Assembly: GCA_938048755.1 (NCBI GenBank)
Contig: CALIUG010000081.1
Coordinates: forward strand, 271 to 64,270
From: an uncultured Alphaproteobacteria bacterium
GTDB taxonomy: Bacteria; Pseudomonadota; Alphaproteobacteria; SP197
Reading direction: 5' to 3'
DNA length: 64,000 bases
Both the position numbers and the translations under genes were made by a program. This document shows, piece by piece, positions 19,890 to 30,361 of the stretch (position 1 is the first letter of the stretch; every line of letters begins with the position of its first letter). Under the pieces are notes generated by a model, which saw only the letters and a list, made by a program, of their open reading frames with translations, was not told where the DNA came from and did no database searches.

Positions 19890-20791
19890 TGAGTGAATCA
19901 AGAGGTCTGGGCCGTGGTCTTTCCGCCCTGATGGGCGAGCCGGTTGCCGCGAAAGGTGCACAAGTGCCCGAGTCGGGCGAGGGGCTGCGCCAGATAGCCA
20001 TCGGCAATCTGCGTCCTGGCAAGTATCAGCCGCGAACACACTTCAACGAGGATGAGCTTGAAAGCCTCTCGCAGTCGCTCCAGCACAGCGGCATGATGCA
20101 GCCCATCGTCGTGCGCCCGCTCAGGGGCGAAGACGGTGTCTTCGAGATTGTGGCCGGTGAACGTCGTTGGCGTGCCGCGCAGAAGGCGCGCATGCATGAC
20201 GTCCCGGTCATCGTGCGCGACCTCACCGATCGGGAAGTTCTTGAGCTCGGCCTGATCGAGAATCTGCAACGGGAAGACCTCGGCCCCCTGGAAGAGGCGG
20301 CCGGGTTTGAGCGTCTTGCCAACGAGTTTCAGCTTAACCAGCGCCAGATCGGTGTCGTGGTTGGCAAGAGCCGTTCCTACATTGCCAACATGATTCGCCT
20401 GCTGCAGTTGCCACCGGCTCTGCGCACGATGCTCGACACTGGCGCGCTGACCGCTGGACATGGGCGCGCGCTGCTGATGGCCGACGATCCCGAAGCCCTG
20501 GCCCAGCGCGTCGTCCGCGATGGTCTCTCCGTGCGTGAAACCGAAGCACTGGTGCAGGCCGGCGATACCAGCACGGCCGATAAAAAGCGACGCGACAAAA
20601 CCGGCGAAACCATCAGCGCCGATTTGCGCGACCTTCAGAACCGACTGAGCGAACAGACCGGTCTGAAGGTCGAGATCAAATCGAAGGGTGAGGCCGGTCA
20701 ACTGGTCCTGAGCTACGCCAGCTTGGAACAGCTCGACGACATGATCGCCCGACTGGAATCACCGCCCCGGCCACGGTTGGTTCAGAACTGA
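19889..20791 (+). CDS. parB: Chromosome partitioning protein ParB
   Basis: ParB N-terminal box (GERRWRAA) and an HTH; directly follows parA. Confidence 0.9.
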   Translation: MSESRGLGRGLSALMGEPVAAKGAQVPESGEGLRQIAIGNLRPGKYQPRTHFNEDELESLSQSLQHSGMMQPIVVRPLRGEDGVFEIVAGERRWRAAQKARMHDVPVIVRDLTDREVLELGLIENLQREDLGPLEEAAGFERLANEFQLNQRQIGVVVGKSRSYIANMIRLLQLPPALRTMLDTGALTAGHGRALLMADDPEALAQRVVRDGLSVRETEALVQAGDTSTADKKRRDKTGETISADLRDLQNRLSEQTGLKVEIKSKGEAGQLVLSYASLEQLDDMIARLESPPRPRLVQN

Positions 20792-20843
20792 AGAAGATTG
20801 CCGCGCGCTGCTTTCCTGATCGGCCGCCAGTTTGACAGCCAAG

Positions 20844-21605
20844 TCAGACTTCGTTCTGTCCGGCCTTGAAGCGCCTTACCCACGCACGGCTCGTCGCGTC
20901 GGCCAGCTTCGCAACACCGGGTTCCACGCCATCGGCTTTCGCTCCATTGCGACCCAGATAGACCAGCACCTCGCGCAGGGTTTCGATCGGACTTGCCGAG
21001 AAGGTTTCGTAACAGAGGCGCAAGGGCTCGATGTCTTCCCGGTCAAACCAGTCTTCCCAGGCACGATCGTGGGCTTCCATCTCCGCGACACAGTTCCCAA
21101 TCCTGTCGCCGTCGTAGGTCAGCGCCTGGGGCTCCGAGAGGCGTTCCAGCTCGGTTCCGTCGGGTACCTTGTGCCAGAGGCCGCTTTGCTGCGCCTTCAC
21201 ATAGGAGACCGCCTGCTCGACCTTGTCGTGCCGGGAAAGATGGATGAAGCAGGTCCGGCCGAACGCCGCTTCCAGGCGGTCGCGATCCCGCGTGCATTCC
21301 GGATGCAGTATGGCGAGCTTCCCGACAAAGAAGTCAAAGCTATGGCGCTGCAGTCGCAGTCCGAACATTCCGGTCTCAAGACTTCCTTCGGCGATCGCAG
21401 CCTTGAACGTTTCGTCCAGGACGTCGTGCTCGCAGCCGGCAGCATCAGGCGCAAGACCGAGCTCCCTACGCCAGCTCGCGACGGAAGGCTCATGGAAATA
21501 GGATTCGGGATTACCTGCGACGCCGGTCGCAATCAGCAGCTTGCACAACAGCGTGCTGCCACTGCGTGGCGCGGTGCAGATCACATAGGAATCATAGACG
21601 CTCAC
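20844..21605 (-). CDS. Stf0-family PAPS-dependent sulfotransferase
   Basis: 253 aa. The N-terminus YVICTAPRSGSTLLCKLL is the 5'-phosphosulfate-binding loop of Stf0-type (trehalose 2-sulfotransferase-like) enzymes. Confidence 0.7.
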   Translation of the reverse strand: MSVYDSYVICTAPRSGSTLLCKLLIATGVAGNPESYFHEPSVASWRRELGLAPDAAGCEHDVLDETFKAAIAEGSLETGMFGLRLQRHSFDFFVGKLAILHPECTRDRDRLEAAFGRTCFIHLSRHDKVEQAVSYVKAQQSGLWHKVPDGTELERLSEPQALTYDGDRIGNCVAEMEAHDRAWEDWFDREDIEPLRLCYETFSASPIETLREVLVYLGRNGAKADGVEPGVAKLADATSRAWVRRFKAGQNEV

Positions 21606-21985
21606 TGCGGGGCCTGCCGTGCCTCATTCCTGATCACTTCAATCCGATTGCCAAAGGGATCATCGACATAGATGCGTTCCTGGCCGAAGGGGTCGATGTC
21701 ATCAGTCACGGTCAAACCAAGGTCAGACAAGCGTTTCCTCAGTGCGTCGAGATCATCCAGGATCAGGCCCGGATGTGCCTTTCTTGCAGCCCGGAAATCA
21801 TGATCAATCCCCAAGTGTAATCCGACTCCATCGCTGAGCAAAAACCAGAGTCCGCCGCGTGTTGCGAGTGCAGCAGGTTTCGCAATTTTCTTCAGACCAA
21901 GCGCATCTTTATAGAAGGCGCGGGCTTGCGCTTCCGAATCTGGCGGCATCGCGATCTGAAGATGGTCCAGGCGCATGTCTGTCAA
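21602..21985 (-). CDS. VOC-family (glyoxalase/bleomycin-resistance/dioxygenase) protein
   Basis: 127 aa with a beta-alpha-beta-beta-beta module signature (HLQIAMPPDSEAQARAFYKDALGL ... GNRIEV). Confidence 0.7.
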   Translation of the reverse strand: MTDMRLDHLQIAMPPDSEAQARAFYKDALGLKKIAKPAALATRGGLWFLLSDGVGLHLGIDHDFRAARKAHPGLILDDLDALRKRLSDLGLTVTDDIDPFGQERIYVDDPFGNRIEVIRNEARQAPQ

Positions 21986-23010
21986 CGGCGCCCTGCCGCA
22001 TGGGCCGCGCGGGCAAGATCAAACAGGGCGCGCCGGCAGATCGTGTTGGCAGGCATGCCCGTTGTCTTGCATTGGATCTCCGCCTCGGTCAGATGACCCA
22101 GGGCGCGGATTGCGCGATCTGCGTTCCAGCGTCGTGACCCGGCTTTCAGGGCATCGATCGCCCGGAAGTGAAAGACCTTCGCACCCCTGATCGCGGCATC
22201 TTCAGGCGTGCCGCGTTCGCGCAATGCCAGGAACAACTGCAGTTGGGTCATGTGTCGGCGCACCGCACCCAGGATGCTGACCGGCTGTTCGCGGTCCGCC
22301 AGAGCGCGCTCCAGGCTGCGGTCGAGATCATCAAGCCGACCCGACGAAACCGCCTGGGCAATACGGTCCAGGGAGAGGAACGAACTGTCGGCCACCACGG
22401 CCTCGACATCCTCTACCGATACCGTCGCACCTTCACCGGCATAGAGCGCCAGCTTGGCAATCTCGTTGCGGGTCTGTCGCCGGTCACCGCCCAGATAGGC
22501 GACCAGAAGCGCCTTGGCATCGCGATCAATTCGGACGCCATGTTCGCCCAGAGTCGCATCAACGATGCCGGAGAGATCTCGACCTTCGTCCCGGTAGCAG
22601 GCGATGGCCGCGCCTCCTCCTGACTTTTCCAGAAGGCTCCGAAGCTTCGAGCGGCCCTGTAGTTCGCCGGCCTCGACGACCACCAGGGTGTCGCCGGTCT
22701 GGCGACCCAGCAGGTCTTCGACGGCACCGGTCAGTTTGTCGCCCGCACCCTTCACACGCACCACACGGCGCCCGCCGGTCAGCGACATGGCTCTGGCCTC
22801 GTCAATCAGAAGCCCGGGATCGGAGGCTGCGGCATCGCCCGAAAGCTCTGCAACACGAAACGGATCGGAAAGGTCTTCCACCGCACTGGCAGCGATAAGA
22901 TCCGCGCGTTCGCGCACCATGCCGGTGTCGGCGCCATAGACAAGGACCACACGCACGGCGGGGTCAGGCTTACGGCAGAAGGCGTCGACCTGGCGTGCTG
23001 CGATCTTCAT
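21982..23010 (-). CDS. holA: DNA polymerase III delta subunit
   Basis: 342 aa; starts MKIAARQVDAFCRKPDPAVRVVLVYGADTGMVRE. Conserved leuS-lptE-holA order. Confidence 0.85.
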   Translation of the reverse strand: MKIAARQVDAFCRKPDPAVRVVLVYGADTGMVRERADLIAASAVEDLSDPFRVAELSGDAAASDPGLLIDEARAMSLTGGRRVVRVKGAGDKLTGAVEDLLGRQTGDTLVVVEAGELQGRSKLRSLLEKSGGGAAIACYRDEGRDLSGIVDATLGEHGVRIDRDAKALLVAYLGGDRRQTRNEIAKLALYAGEGATVSVEDVEAVVADSSFLSLDRIAQAVSSGRLDDLDRSLERALADREQPVSILGAVRRHMTQLQLFLALRERGTPEDAAIRGAKVFHFRAIDALKAGSRRWNADRAIRALGHLTEAEIQCKTTGMPANTICRRALFDLARAAHAAGRR

Positions 23011-23016
23011 CGCCGA

Positions 23017-23541
23017 TCATCCCTGCCGGGCGAAATAGAACGAGAGCAGATTGGTGATGGTGCCCGAGAGGTCGTGCGCCGCATCCTCGGCGGTGGCCTG
23101 CTCGGCCACCAGCGTAGCGTATTCGGATTCGACGACATCGTAGCTCCCCGTCGCACGAGCGGTTGAACTGTAGAGCAGGGTCATGGATGTGCTGTCGTAA
23201 AGCGCAAAGTCGGCGTTCAGCGCCAGATTGAACCGGGTCACGGTATCGTTGGACTGGATCTGCAGGGCCGCCGTCGACTGATCGATTTCAACCAGCAACC
23301 GATACCGTGTCGGTTGGCGGCCCTGGCCGGCCGTAAAACGATCGATCAGCTCGTTCTTGAGAATCTGGCCGATGCGCCGTTCCGTGCCTTCGCCGATTTC
23401 GTTGATCTCGATCGCGGCCAACTCAGGCGAAACGGCGCCGCCCGATGCCTGCTGGCCGTAAAGAGGCTGAAAACCGCAGCCGGAAAGCAGGGCAAATCCC
23501 GACAGGCCGCCCAGGTGAAGCATGGCGCGGCGCGTGATCAT
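23017..23541 (-). CDS. lptE: LPS-assembly lipoprotein LptE
   Basis: 174 aa with a lipobox (LLSGCG); sits between leuS and holA as usual. Confidence 0.75.
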   Translation of the reverse strand: MITRRAMLHLGGLSGFALLSGCGFQPLYGQQASGGAVSPELAAIEINEIGEGTERRIGQILKNELIDRFTAGQGRQPTRYRLLVEIDQSTAALQIQSNDTVTRFNLALNADFALYDSTSMTLLYSSTARATGSYDVVESEYATLVAEQATAEDAAHDLSGTITNLLSFYFARQG

Positions 23542-23582
23542 GATGGGTCGCAGGCGAAGTTCATGACCAGGAGTCTACACCA

Positions 23583-26153
23583 TCAGCCAACAACGATGTT
23601 GACGATCTTGTTGGGCACCACGATGACCTTGCGTACCGTGAGACCCGCCATGGCGCGCTGCACATTGTCGTCTGCCATGGCCGCAGCCTCGATGGCGTCC
23701 CTGTCACCGTCGCGCGGCAGTTCAAGCTTGGCGCGCATCTTTCCGTTGACCTGCACCGCGATCGTCACGCTGTCTTCGACGATCAGGGATGCATCTGCAA
23801 CCGGCCAGGCTGCATCGGCCAGCAGGCCCTCATGCCCCAGAGCCTTCCACATCTCTTCGGCCAGATGGGGCATCATGGGTCCGCTCAGGACGATCAGCGT
23901 TTCCAGCGCCTCGCGATGTGCCCAGCCGTCGCCGGCATCGTCTGCCTTGAAGTCTCCGATGGCGTTGGCGAGTTCGTGAATGCGGGCAACCGAGCGGTTG
24001 AAGTGAAAGGCTTCGATGTCGCCGGTTACGCCGTCGATGGCCTTGTGCACGATCTGGCGCAGCCCTGTCGCAGTCGCCCCGAACGATCCCGGCTTGTCTG
24101 ATCCCGGCGCGGGCAGTGACGCAACCGCATCGCCGACCAGACGGGCGATGCGCTGGACAAAGCGATGGGCACCGGCGATGCCGCCATCGGTCCATTCCAG
24201 ATCGCGGTCGGGCGGCGAATCCGAAAGCATGAACCAGCGCGCGGTATCGGCACCGAAATCGGCAATAATGCGTTCGGGATCGACAACGTTGCGTTTGGAC
24301 TTCGACATCTTCTCGGAACGGCCGACCGTCACCGGTGCCGAGTCCTCCAGGCGCACGACCGCGCCGCCGTCGGCCCGATCGACCTCACCGGGCTCGAGAT
24401 AGCTGCCGTCGGGGCCCTGGTAGGTTTCATGGGTCACCATGCCCTGCGTAAAGAGGCCCTCGAACGGCTCGTCAAAGTCGAGATAGCCGCAGCGACGCAG
24501 GGCACGCGTGAAGAAGCGTGAATAGAGAAGATGCAGCACGGCGTGCTCGACACCACCGATGTACTGATCCACCGGCATCCAGTAGGTCACGGCTTCCTTG
24601 TCCATGGGCGATTCGTCGCGCGGCGAACAGAAGCGCAGGAAGTACCAGCTGGAATCGACAAAGGTGTCGAGCGTGTCGGTATCGCGCAGGGCGTCGGCGC
24701 CGCAGGCCGGGCAGACGACGTGTTTCCAGGTCGGGTGATGGTCCAGCGGATTGCCGGCCTCACCGATCACGACATCCTCGGGCAGTGCAACGGGCAGCTG
24801 ATCATCGGGCACCTGAACAATGCCGCAGGCATCGCAGTGGATGATGGGGATCGGCGTGCCCCAGTAGCGCTGGCGCGATATGCCCCAGTCGCGCAGACGA
24901 TAGTTGATCGTGCGTTCGGCCCGGCCCATGGCTTCCAGGCGCGATGCGATCTCTTCCTTGGCGGCATCCACCGTCATGCCGTCAAGAAACTCGGAATTGG
25001 CCAGAAGACCCTCGCCCTTGAAGGCTTCGTTCCCGACCTGGAACTCGGCAACATTGGCATCGGCGGGGACCACGACCGGGGTGACGGGCAACGCGTACTT
25101 GCGTGCAAAGTCCAGGTCGCGCTGGTCATGGGCCGGGCAGCCGAAGATAGCGCCCGAGCCGTATTCCATCAGCACGAAGTTGGCGACATAGACCGGCAGT
25201 TCGCGACCGTCGAAGGGATGAATGGCCTTCAGGCCGGTGTCATGGCCGCGTTTCTCGGCCCGTTCGATGGCTTCCTCGCTGGTGCCGATTCGGCCGCATT
25301 CGGCAATGAACTCGCCCAGGGCGGGATCCGTTGCGGCCAGTGCCGTGCTAAGTGGGTGTTCGGGCGAAAGTGCCATGAAGCTCGCGCCAAAGATCGTGTC
25401 ATGGCGTGTCGTGAAGACTTCCAGCTGATCGTCGCGGTCTTTCAGGGCAAACCGCATCTTGAGGCCTTCGGAACGACCGATCCAGTTGGTCTGCATCAGA
25501 CGGACCTTGTCGGGCCAGCGGTTCAGCTCCGTCAGGGCATCGGCCAGTTCGTCGGCAAACTCCGTGATCTTGAGAACCCATTGATTCAGCTGACGTTTCT
25601 CGACTGTTGCGCCGGATCGCCAGCCCTTGCCGTCGATCACCTGCTCGTTGGCCAGCACGGTCTGGTCGACCGGATCCCAGTTGACCCAGGCTTCGCGGCG
25701 GTCAACCAGGCCGACCTTCAAGAAATCAAGGAACAGCTTCTGCTGGTGACGGTAGTATTCGGGATGGCAGGTCGCGATCTCGCGTGACCAGTCGAGAGAA
25801 AGGCCCATGGACTGCAGCTGTCCGCGCATGGCCCGGATGTTGTCATAGGTCCATTCGCGCGGATGCACGCCCTTGGCCATGGCGGCGTTCTCTGCCGGCA
25901 GGCCAAACGCGTCCCAACCCATGGGATGGAGCACGTTGAAGCCACGGGCGCGTTTGTAGCGCGCCACCAGATCGCCCATGGCGTAGTTGCGCACATGGCC
26001 CATATGAATGCGCCCGCTGGGATAGGGGAACATCTCCAGGACATAGGCCTTGGGGCGGTCATCGGGCGGCCCGGCCCGGAAGGTTCCGGCCTGTTCCCAG
26101 ACTTCGCGCCAGCGGGGTTCCGCCTCGCGGAAATTGTAACGTTCGCGTGCCAT
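23583..26153 (-). CDS. leuS: Leucyl-tRNA synthetase
   Basis: 856 aa; HMGHVRNY (HIGH) and KMSKS motifs. Confidence 0.97.
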   Translation of the reverse strand: MARERYNFREAEPRWREVWEQAGTFRAGPPDDRPKAYVLEMFPYPSGRIHMGHVRNYAMGDLVARYKRARGFNVLHPMGWDAFGLPAENAAMAKGVHPREWTYDNIRAMRGQLQSMGLSLDWSREIATCHPEYYRHQQKLFLDFLKVGLVDRREAWVNWDPVDQTVLANEQVIDGKGWRSGATVEKRQLNQWVLKITEFADELADALTELNRWPDKVRLMQTNWIGRSEGLKMRFALKDRDDQLEVFTTRHDTIFGASFMALSPEHPLSTALAATDPALGEFIAECGRIGTSEEAIERAEKRGHDTGLKAIHPFDGRELPVYVANFVLMEYGSGAIFGCPAHDQRDLDFARKYALPVTPVVVPADANVAEFQVGNEAFKGEGLLANSEFLDGMTVDAAKEEIASRLEAMGRAERTINYRLRDWGISRQRYWGTPIPIIHCDACGIVQVPDDQLPVALPEDVVIGEAGNPLDHHPTWKHVVCPACGADALRDTDTLDTFVDSSWYFLRFCSPRDESPMDKEAVTYWMPVDQYIGGVEHAVLHLLYSRFFTRALRRCGYLDFDEPFEGLFTQGMVTHETYQGPDGSYLEPGEVDRADGGAVVRLEDSAPVTVGRSEKMSKSKRNVVDPERIIADFGADTARWFMLSDSPPDRDLEWTDGGIAGAHRFVQRIARLVGDAVASLPAPGSDKPGSFGATATGLRQIVHKAIDGVTGDIEAFHFNRSVARIHELANAIGDFKADDAGDGWAHREALETLIVLSGPMMPHLAEEMWKALGHEGLLADAAWPVADASLIVEDSVTIAVQVNGKMRAKLELPRDGDRDAIEAAAMADDNVQRAMAGLTVRKVIVVPNKIVNIVVG

Positions 26154-26254
26154 GATTGGATTGTCTTTGTCTGCCTGAGCGAATTGGCGCGCAAGCTAGA
26201 GCATGATCCCGGTGAAATCCACGCGGGATCGCATCTCTTCCTGTTTATGCCGCG

Positions 26255-26845
26255 TTATTGACCCAGCTGGGCAATGCGCATCTGGCGCGCGCGGGTCAGG
26301 ACCGCATCGACCAGGGAGGCCGGTGTGGCGGGATCGACCGCGGCCTCGTACCAGGCACCATCAGCACCGCGCAGCTGACGGTTGACCTGCACCTGCACGC
26401 CGTCGGCACGCAGCCTGGTATCGAGAATGTAGACCGTCACCTTGAAGCGCTCGTTGGGCGTTTCGGGCGATGCGTACCAGTCATAGATGATCACGCCGCC
26501 CAGCGGATCGGCCGAAATCGGAGGCAGAAAGGCAAAGGTATCGAGCGAGGCGCGCCACAGGAACGCGTTGACGCCCAGACCGGCACCGCCGCCTTCGTCC
26601 GGTCTTGTCTCGTCCCACAGGTTGCTGATGCCGCCGGCGCCAAAAATGGTCTGCCGGTTGGGATCGTTCACATCCGGCTCGAACCGGCCCTGCGAGGTCT
26701 GGGTCGTGTCTTCGACACCGTCATAGGTCACATTGCCGCAGGCGCCAAGCAGCCCGGCCATCAGGATGACGGCCGCGCCGCGGCAGCACCAGGTGGCAAA
26801 GGTTGTGTTGTTGACGTCCGTGGAAGCTTGAAAACGTGAGGTCAA
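26255..26845 (-). CDS. DUF3576-like lipoprotein
   Basis: Probable lipobox LLGAC; conserved periplasmic domain. Start codon uncertain. Confidence 0.5.
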   Translation of the reverse strand: MTSRFQASTDVNNTTFATWCCRGAAVILMAGLLGACGNVTYDGVEDTTQTSQGRFEPDVNDPNRQTIFGAGGISNLWDETRPDEGGGAGLGVNAFLWRASLDTFAFLPPISADPLGGVIIYDWYASPETPNERFKVTVYILDTRLRADGVQVQVNRQLRGADGAWYEAAVDPATPASLVDAVLTRARQMRIAQLGQ

Positions 26846-27249
26846 GGCGGATGGGTTCCTGTCGGGTCCAGAAGCGCCGCACCTTGGCGCAGGACACGGT
26901 TTCGGGCAAGCATGATCTTACCGGTGACCGTCACCTCTTATTGCGGCAATGTTATGACCGCTCTGTCCGAGGGTTCGGGCCTGTGGCACCTGTTCCAATG
27001 TGGGCCACATTGATGCATTCGTGCAACAGTGCGCCGGAAACGCAACAAACCCTGTCGAAAGCCGTGGAAATCCACGTGTCTGTCTTGTTAGGTTTGTTTC
27101 GCGAAATCGGCGGGAGACCACTCCAACGTTGAGGCCCCACGCAACGACGCAAGTCAGAGCAAGGGTGTTGGAGGGGTCAAACGTCGATAGCCTTTCCGTT
27201 CCGGAAAGACGCTTGGCACTTGAGCAGTCCTTAAAGGAGGTTTGCGCTT

Positions 27250-28482
27250 ATGAAAAAGGTTCTTCTTGGAACCACGGCGCTTGTCTCGGCGGGTCTTGTT
27301 GCGCAGAACGCGCAGGCAGCCGATCCGATCGAGTTGAGTGTTGGTGGTTATCACGACTGGGCGTTCTTCTTCGCGAAGAACGATGACAACCCGGCTGCGG
27401 GCACCCTGCCTGCTGAGCCTGGTTTTAACTTCGGCGACCATGACATCAAGTTTGACGGTGAAGTTCAGCTTCGCGGTTCGACGGTTCTGGACAATGGCCT
27501 CGAAGTCGGTGTTCGCATCGAGATCGAAGGCGAGACCCAGGGCGATCAGCTCGACGAGAACTACGCCTGGATTGAAGGTTCCTTCGGTACCTTCCGTTTC
27601 GGCAACGACGATCCCGTCTCCGCGCAGATGGCAACTGCCGCTCCGTACCTGAACTACGTCTTCGGCGCCAACTCGCCGACCGTGTTCGCGAACGGTCTGT
27701 CGCAGTTCTTCGCACGTTCGGGCTCCACGGGCATTGGTACTGCCGGTGGTACGCTGCGTTCGCGTTTCGCCGCTGGTGCATATGCCACCTTCGCGACGTT
27801 CCCGAACCAGTCGTTCGATGATGCGCAGCTCATCTACTTCACACCTGTGTTCAACGGCTTCCAGTTCGGTGTCTCCTATGCCCCGAACAACACCGAAGCC
27901 CAACCAGCCGGTGTGTATCTGCTCCCCAACAAGATTGGCACCGCGTCGACCTCGCCTGCGATCACGCATGGTGAAGTCTACTCGGTCGCTGGTCGTTACG
28001 ACGGTTCCGTTGGCGATCTCGGTGTGACCGTGGCCGCTGGCTGGATGCGCATGGAACAGAAGGCCATCTCCAACCCTGCCGGCACGCTGCAGGGTGCGGA
28101 TTCGGATGCATGGGACGTCGGCCTGGTGCTCTACTGGGGCAACTGGGGTCTTGGTGGTTCGTACCTGAACAACCAGGACTGGCATAACGTCTCGGGCACC
28201 GACACGGAAGCCTTCGACATCGGTCTGGCCTACTGGTCGGACGGAGCATGGTCGGCAGGTATCTACTGGTTGCACCAGGAAATCGACTACGCCGCTGGCA
28301 ACCTGGTTGCTGGTGTGGACATCACCGATGAGTTCGATGCTTATCGTCTGATGGGTCAGTATGACCTGGGTCCGGGCATTGCCGTCACGGGCGCGCTGGG
28401 TCTCGACACCTTCGAAGATGGTGTTGTGAACCGCGAGTACGAGACGCAGATGGTCGGCGCCGGTATCATGATCGGCTTCTGA
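27250..28482 (+). CDS. Outer-membrane porin (alphaproteobacterial Omp2/RopA-like family), copy 1
   Basis: 410 aa; signal peptide MKKVLLGTTALVSAGLVAQNAQA, Gly/aromatic-rich beta-barrel and C-terminal Phe (IGF). Strong RBS AAGGAGG. Confidence 0.8.
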   Translation: MKKVLLGTTALVSAGLVAQNAQAADPIELSVGGYHDWAFFFAKNDDNPAAGTLPAEPGFNFGDHDIKFDGEVQLRGSTVLDNGLEVGVRIEIEGETQGDQLDENYAWIEGSFGTFRFGNDDPVSAQMATAAPYLNYVFGANSPTVFANGLSQFFARSGSTGIGTAGGTLRSRFAAGAYATFATFPNQSFDDAQLIYFTPVFNGFQFGVSYAPNNTEAQPAGVYLLPNKIGTASTSPAITHGEVYSVAGRYDGSVGDLGVTVAAGWMRMEQKAISNPAGTLQGADSDAWDVGLVLYWGNWGLGGSYLNNQDWHNVSGTDTEAFDIGLAYWSDGAWSAGIYWLHQEIDYAAGNLVAGVDITDEFDAYRLMGQYDLGPGIAVTGALGLDTFEDGVVNREYETQMVGAGIMIGF

Positions 28483-28509
28483 TCTCACGATCAGAGACTT
28501 CTACGTCAA

Positions 28510-28540
28510 GGGGCGGCCTTCGGGTCGCCCCTTTTCTTTT
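28510..28540 (+). terminator. Rho-independent terminator after porin copy 1
   Basis: GGGGCGGCC-TTCG-GGTCGCCCC hairpin followed by TTTTCTTTT. Confidence 0.7.
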
Positions 28541-29009
28541 GCGCTATGACCAGGCGCCCCCAGGCAGAATGTCTCTGCCTGACATGACGGCTTCTGGCCT
28601 GGACGGCAGACAGCCGCAACCATGGTTCTTCCGACCACGCGGCAGTCCGGGCCATTTCGGCAGGCCCATCACACAAACGCGAACCGTTTTCACGGCGCCG
28701 CGATCCAGCACGACAGGTTAACGGTCACGTCCGCATGCCCTTTGACGGATCGGCAGAATCTCTCCTGATTTCTCAAGCGTCCGTGAAGGTCACTGACGGC
28801 ATCGTTGATTCGTTACCAGCACCTTGAGGCGTTCCATACATGGGCTGCAAGCCGAGGCCCGTCGGCGCGGTATAGGACCTCAACCCCGCACCGCTCCAGC
28901 ATCAAAGACGGGCCTCTCAATCCGCCACGGCGCTCACCGTGGTCAGGACCGTTCAAGTGCCAGGTTGTCGTGATGGAACATCAGGACTGCTGCAAGGAGG
29001 TTTGCGCTT

Positions 29010-30239
29010 ATGAAGAAAGTACTACTTGGAACGACCGCGCTGGTTTCGGCAGGTCTGCTTGCGCAGAACGCGCAAGCTGCCGACCCGATCGAACTCAGTG
29101 TCGGCGGCTATCACAACTGGTTGTGGTTCTTTGCCGATAACGATGACAATCCGGCTGCGGGCACCCTGCCTGCTGAGCCTGGTTTCAACCTCGGCGACCA
29201 TGACATCAAGTTTGACGGTGAAGTTCAGCTTCGCGGTTCGACGGTTCTGGACAATGGCCTCGAAGTCGGTGTTCGCATCGAGATCGAGGGTGAAACCCAG
29301 GGCGATCAGCTCGACGAGAACTACGCCTGGATTGAAGGTTCCTTCGGTACCTTCCGTTTCGGCAACGACGATCCCGTCTCCTACATCATGGCGACGGCTG
29401 CGCCGTATCTGAACTATCTGTTTGCGGCGAACTCGCCGACCGTATTTGCAAACGGTCTCTCGCAGTTCTTCGCACGTTCGGGTTCAACCGGTATTGGCCC
29501 AGGCGGAACACTGCGTTCGCGTTTCGCCGCTGGTGCCTATGCCACCTTTGCGACGTTCCCGAACTCTACCTTTGATGATGCGTCGCTCTACTACTTCACA
29601 CCTGTGTTCAACGGCTTCCAGTTCGGTGTCTCCTATGCCCCGAACAACACCGAAGCCCGCCCAGCCGGTGTGTATCTGCTCCCCGTCAAGGTTGGTGGCA
29701 CGTCGACCTCGCCTGCGTTCACGCATGGTGAAGTCTACTCGGTCGCTGGCCGTTACGATGGGGCCGTGGGTGATCTTGGCGTGACCGTTGCGGCGGGTTA
29801 TCTGCGCGTCAACCAGAAGGCGATCTCCAATCCTCCCGGCACAATGACAGGTGCAGACGAGGATACCTATGATCTCGGCCTGGTACTCTACTGGGGCAAC
29901 TGGGGTCTTGGTGGTTCGTACCTCAACGCCACCGACTGGCATAATGTCTCGGGTACCGATACCGAATCCTTCGATGTTGGTCTGGCCTACTGGTCCGACG
30001 CCATATGGTCGGCCGGTATCTACTGGTTGCACCAGGAAATCGACTATGCCGCCGGCAACCTGGTTGCCGGAGCGAACATCACCGATGAGTTCGATGCTTA
30101 TCGTCTGATGGGTCAATATGACCTGGGTCCGGGCATTGCTGTTACGGGTGCTCTGGGTCTTGATACCTTCGATGACGGTGTCGTGAACCGTGAGTACGAG
30201 ACACGCATGGTCGGTGCAGGTATCAGCATCGGCTTCTGA
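29010..30239 (+). CDS. Outer-membrane porin, copy 2 (tandem paralog, about 85% identical to copy 1)
   Basis: 409 aa; signal peptide MKKVLLGTTALVSAGLLAQNAQA. Long stretches are nucleotide-identical to copy 1. Confidence 0.8.
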   Translation: MKKVLLGTTALVSAGLLAQNAQAADPIELSVGGYHNWLWFFADNDDNPAAGTLPAEPGFNLGDHDIKFDGEVQLRGSTVLDNGLEVGVRIEIEGETQGDQLDENYAWIEGSFGTFRFGNDDPVSYIMATAAPYLNYLFAANSPTVFANGLSQFFARSGSTGIGPGGTLRSRFAAGAYATFATFPNSTFDDASLYYFTPVFNGFQFGVSYAPNNTEARPAGVYLLPVKVGGTSTSPAFTHGEVYSVAGRYDGAVGDLGVTVAAGYLRVNQKAISNPPGTMTGADEDTYDLGLVLYWGNWGLGGSYLNATDWHNVSGTDTESFDVGLAYWSDAIWSAGIYWLHQEIDYAAGNLVAGANITDEFDAYRLMGQYDLGPGIAVTGALGLDTFDDGVVNREYETRMVGAGISIGF

Positions 30240-30267
30240 TCTCGCGATCGGAGGCATACGACGTCAA

Positions 30268-30299
30268 GGGGCGGCCTTCGGGTCGCCCCTTTTCTGTTT
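30268..30299 (+). terminator. Rho-independent terminator after porin copy 2
   Basis: Identical hairpin GGGGCGGCC-TTCG-GGTCGCCCC followed by TTTTCTGTTT. Confidence 0.7.
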
Positions 30300-30361
30300 G
30301 CGATGCTCCCGGCATGGCCCTTTGGCGTCATGGTGTGTTAAGTCAGAACGCGAAAATCACG

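Noticed and set aside
26846-27249. About 400-bp gap upstream of porin copy 1 (and 28541..29009 upstream of copy 2), considered for a hidden small gene or mobile-element remnant.
   Set aside because: No convincing ORF with an RBS, no inverted repeats and no tRNA-like structure. Long leaders are normal for porin genes, so this is left as untranslated regulatory region.
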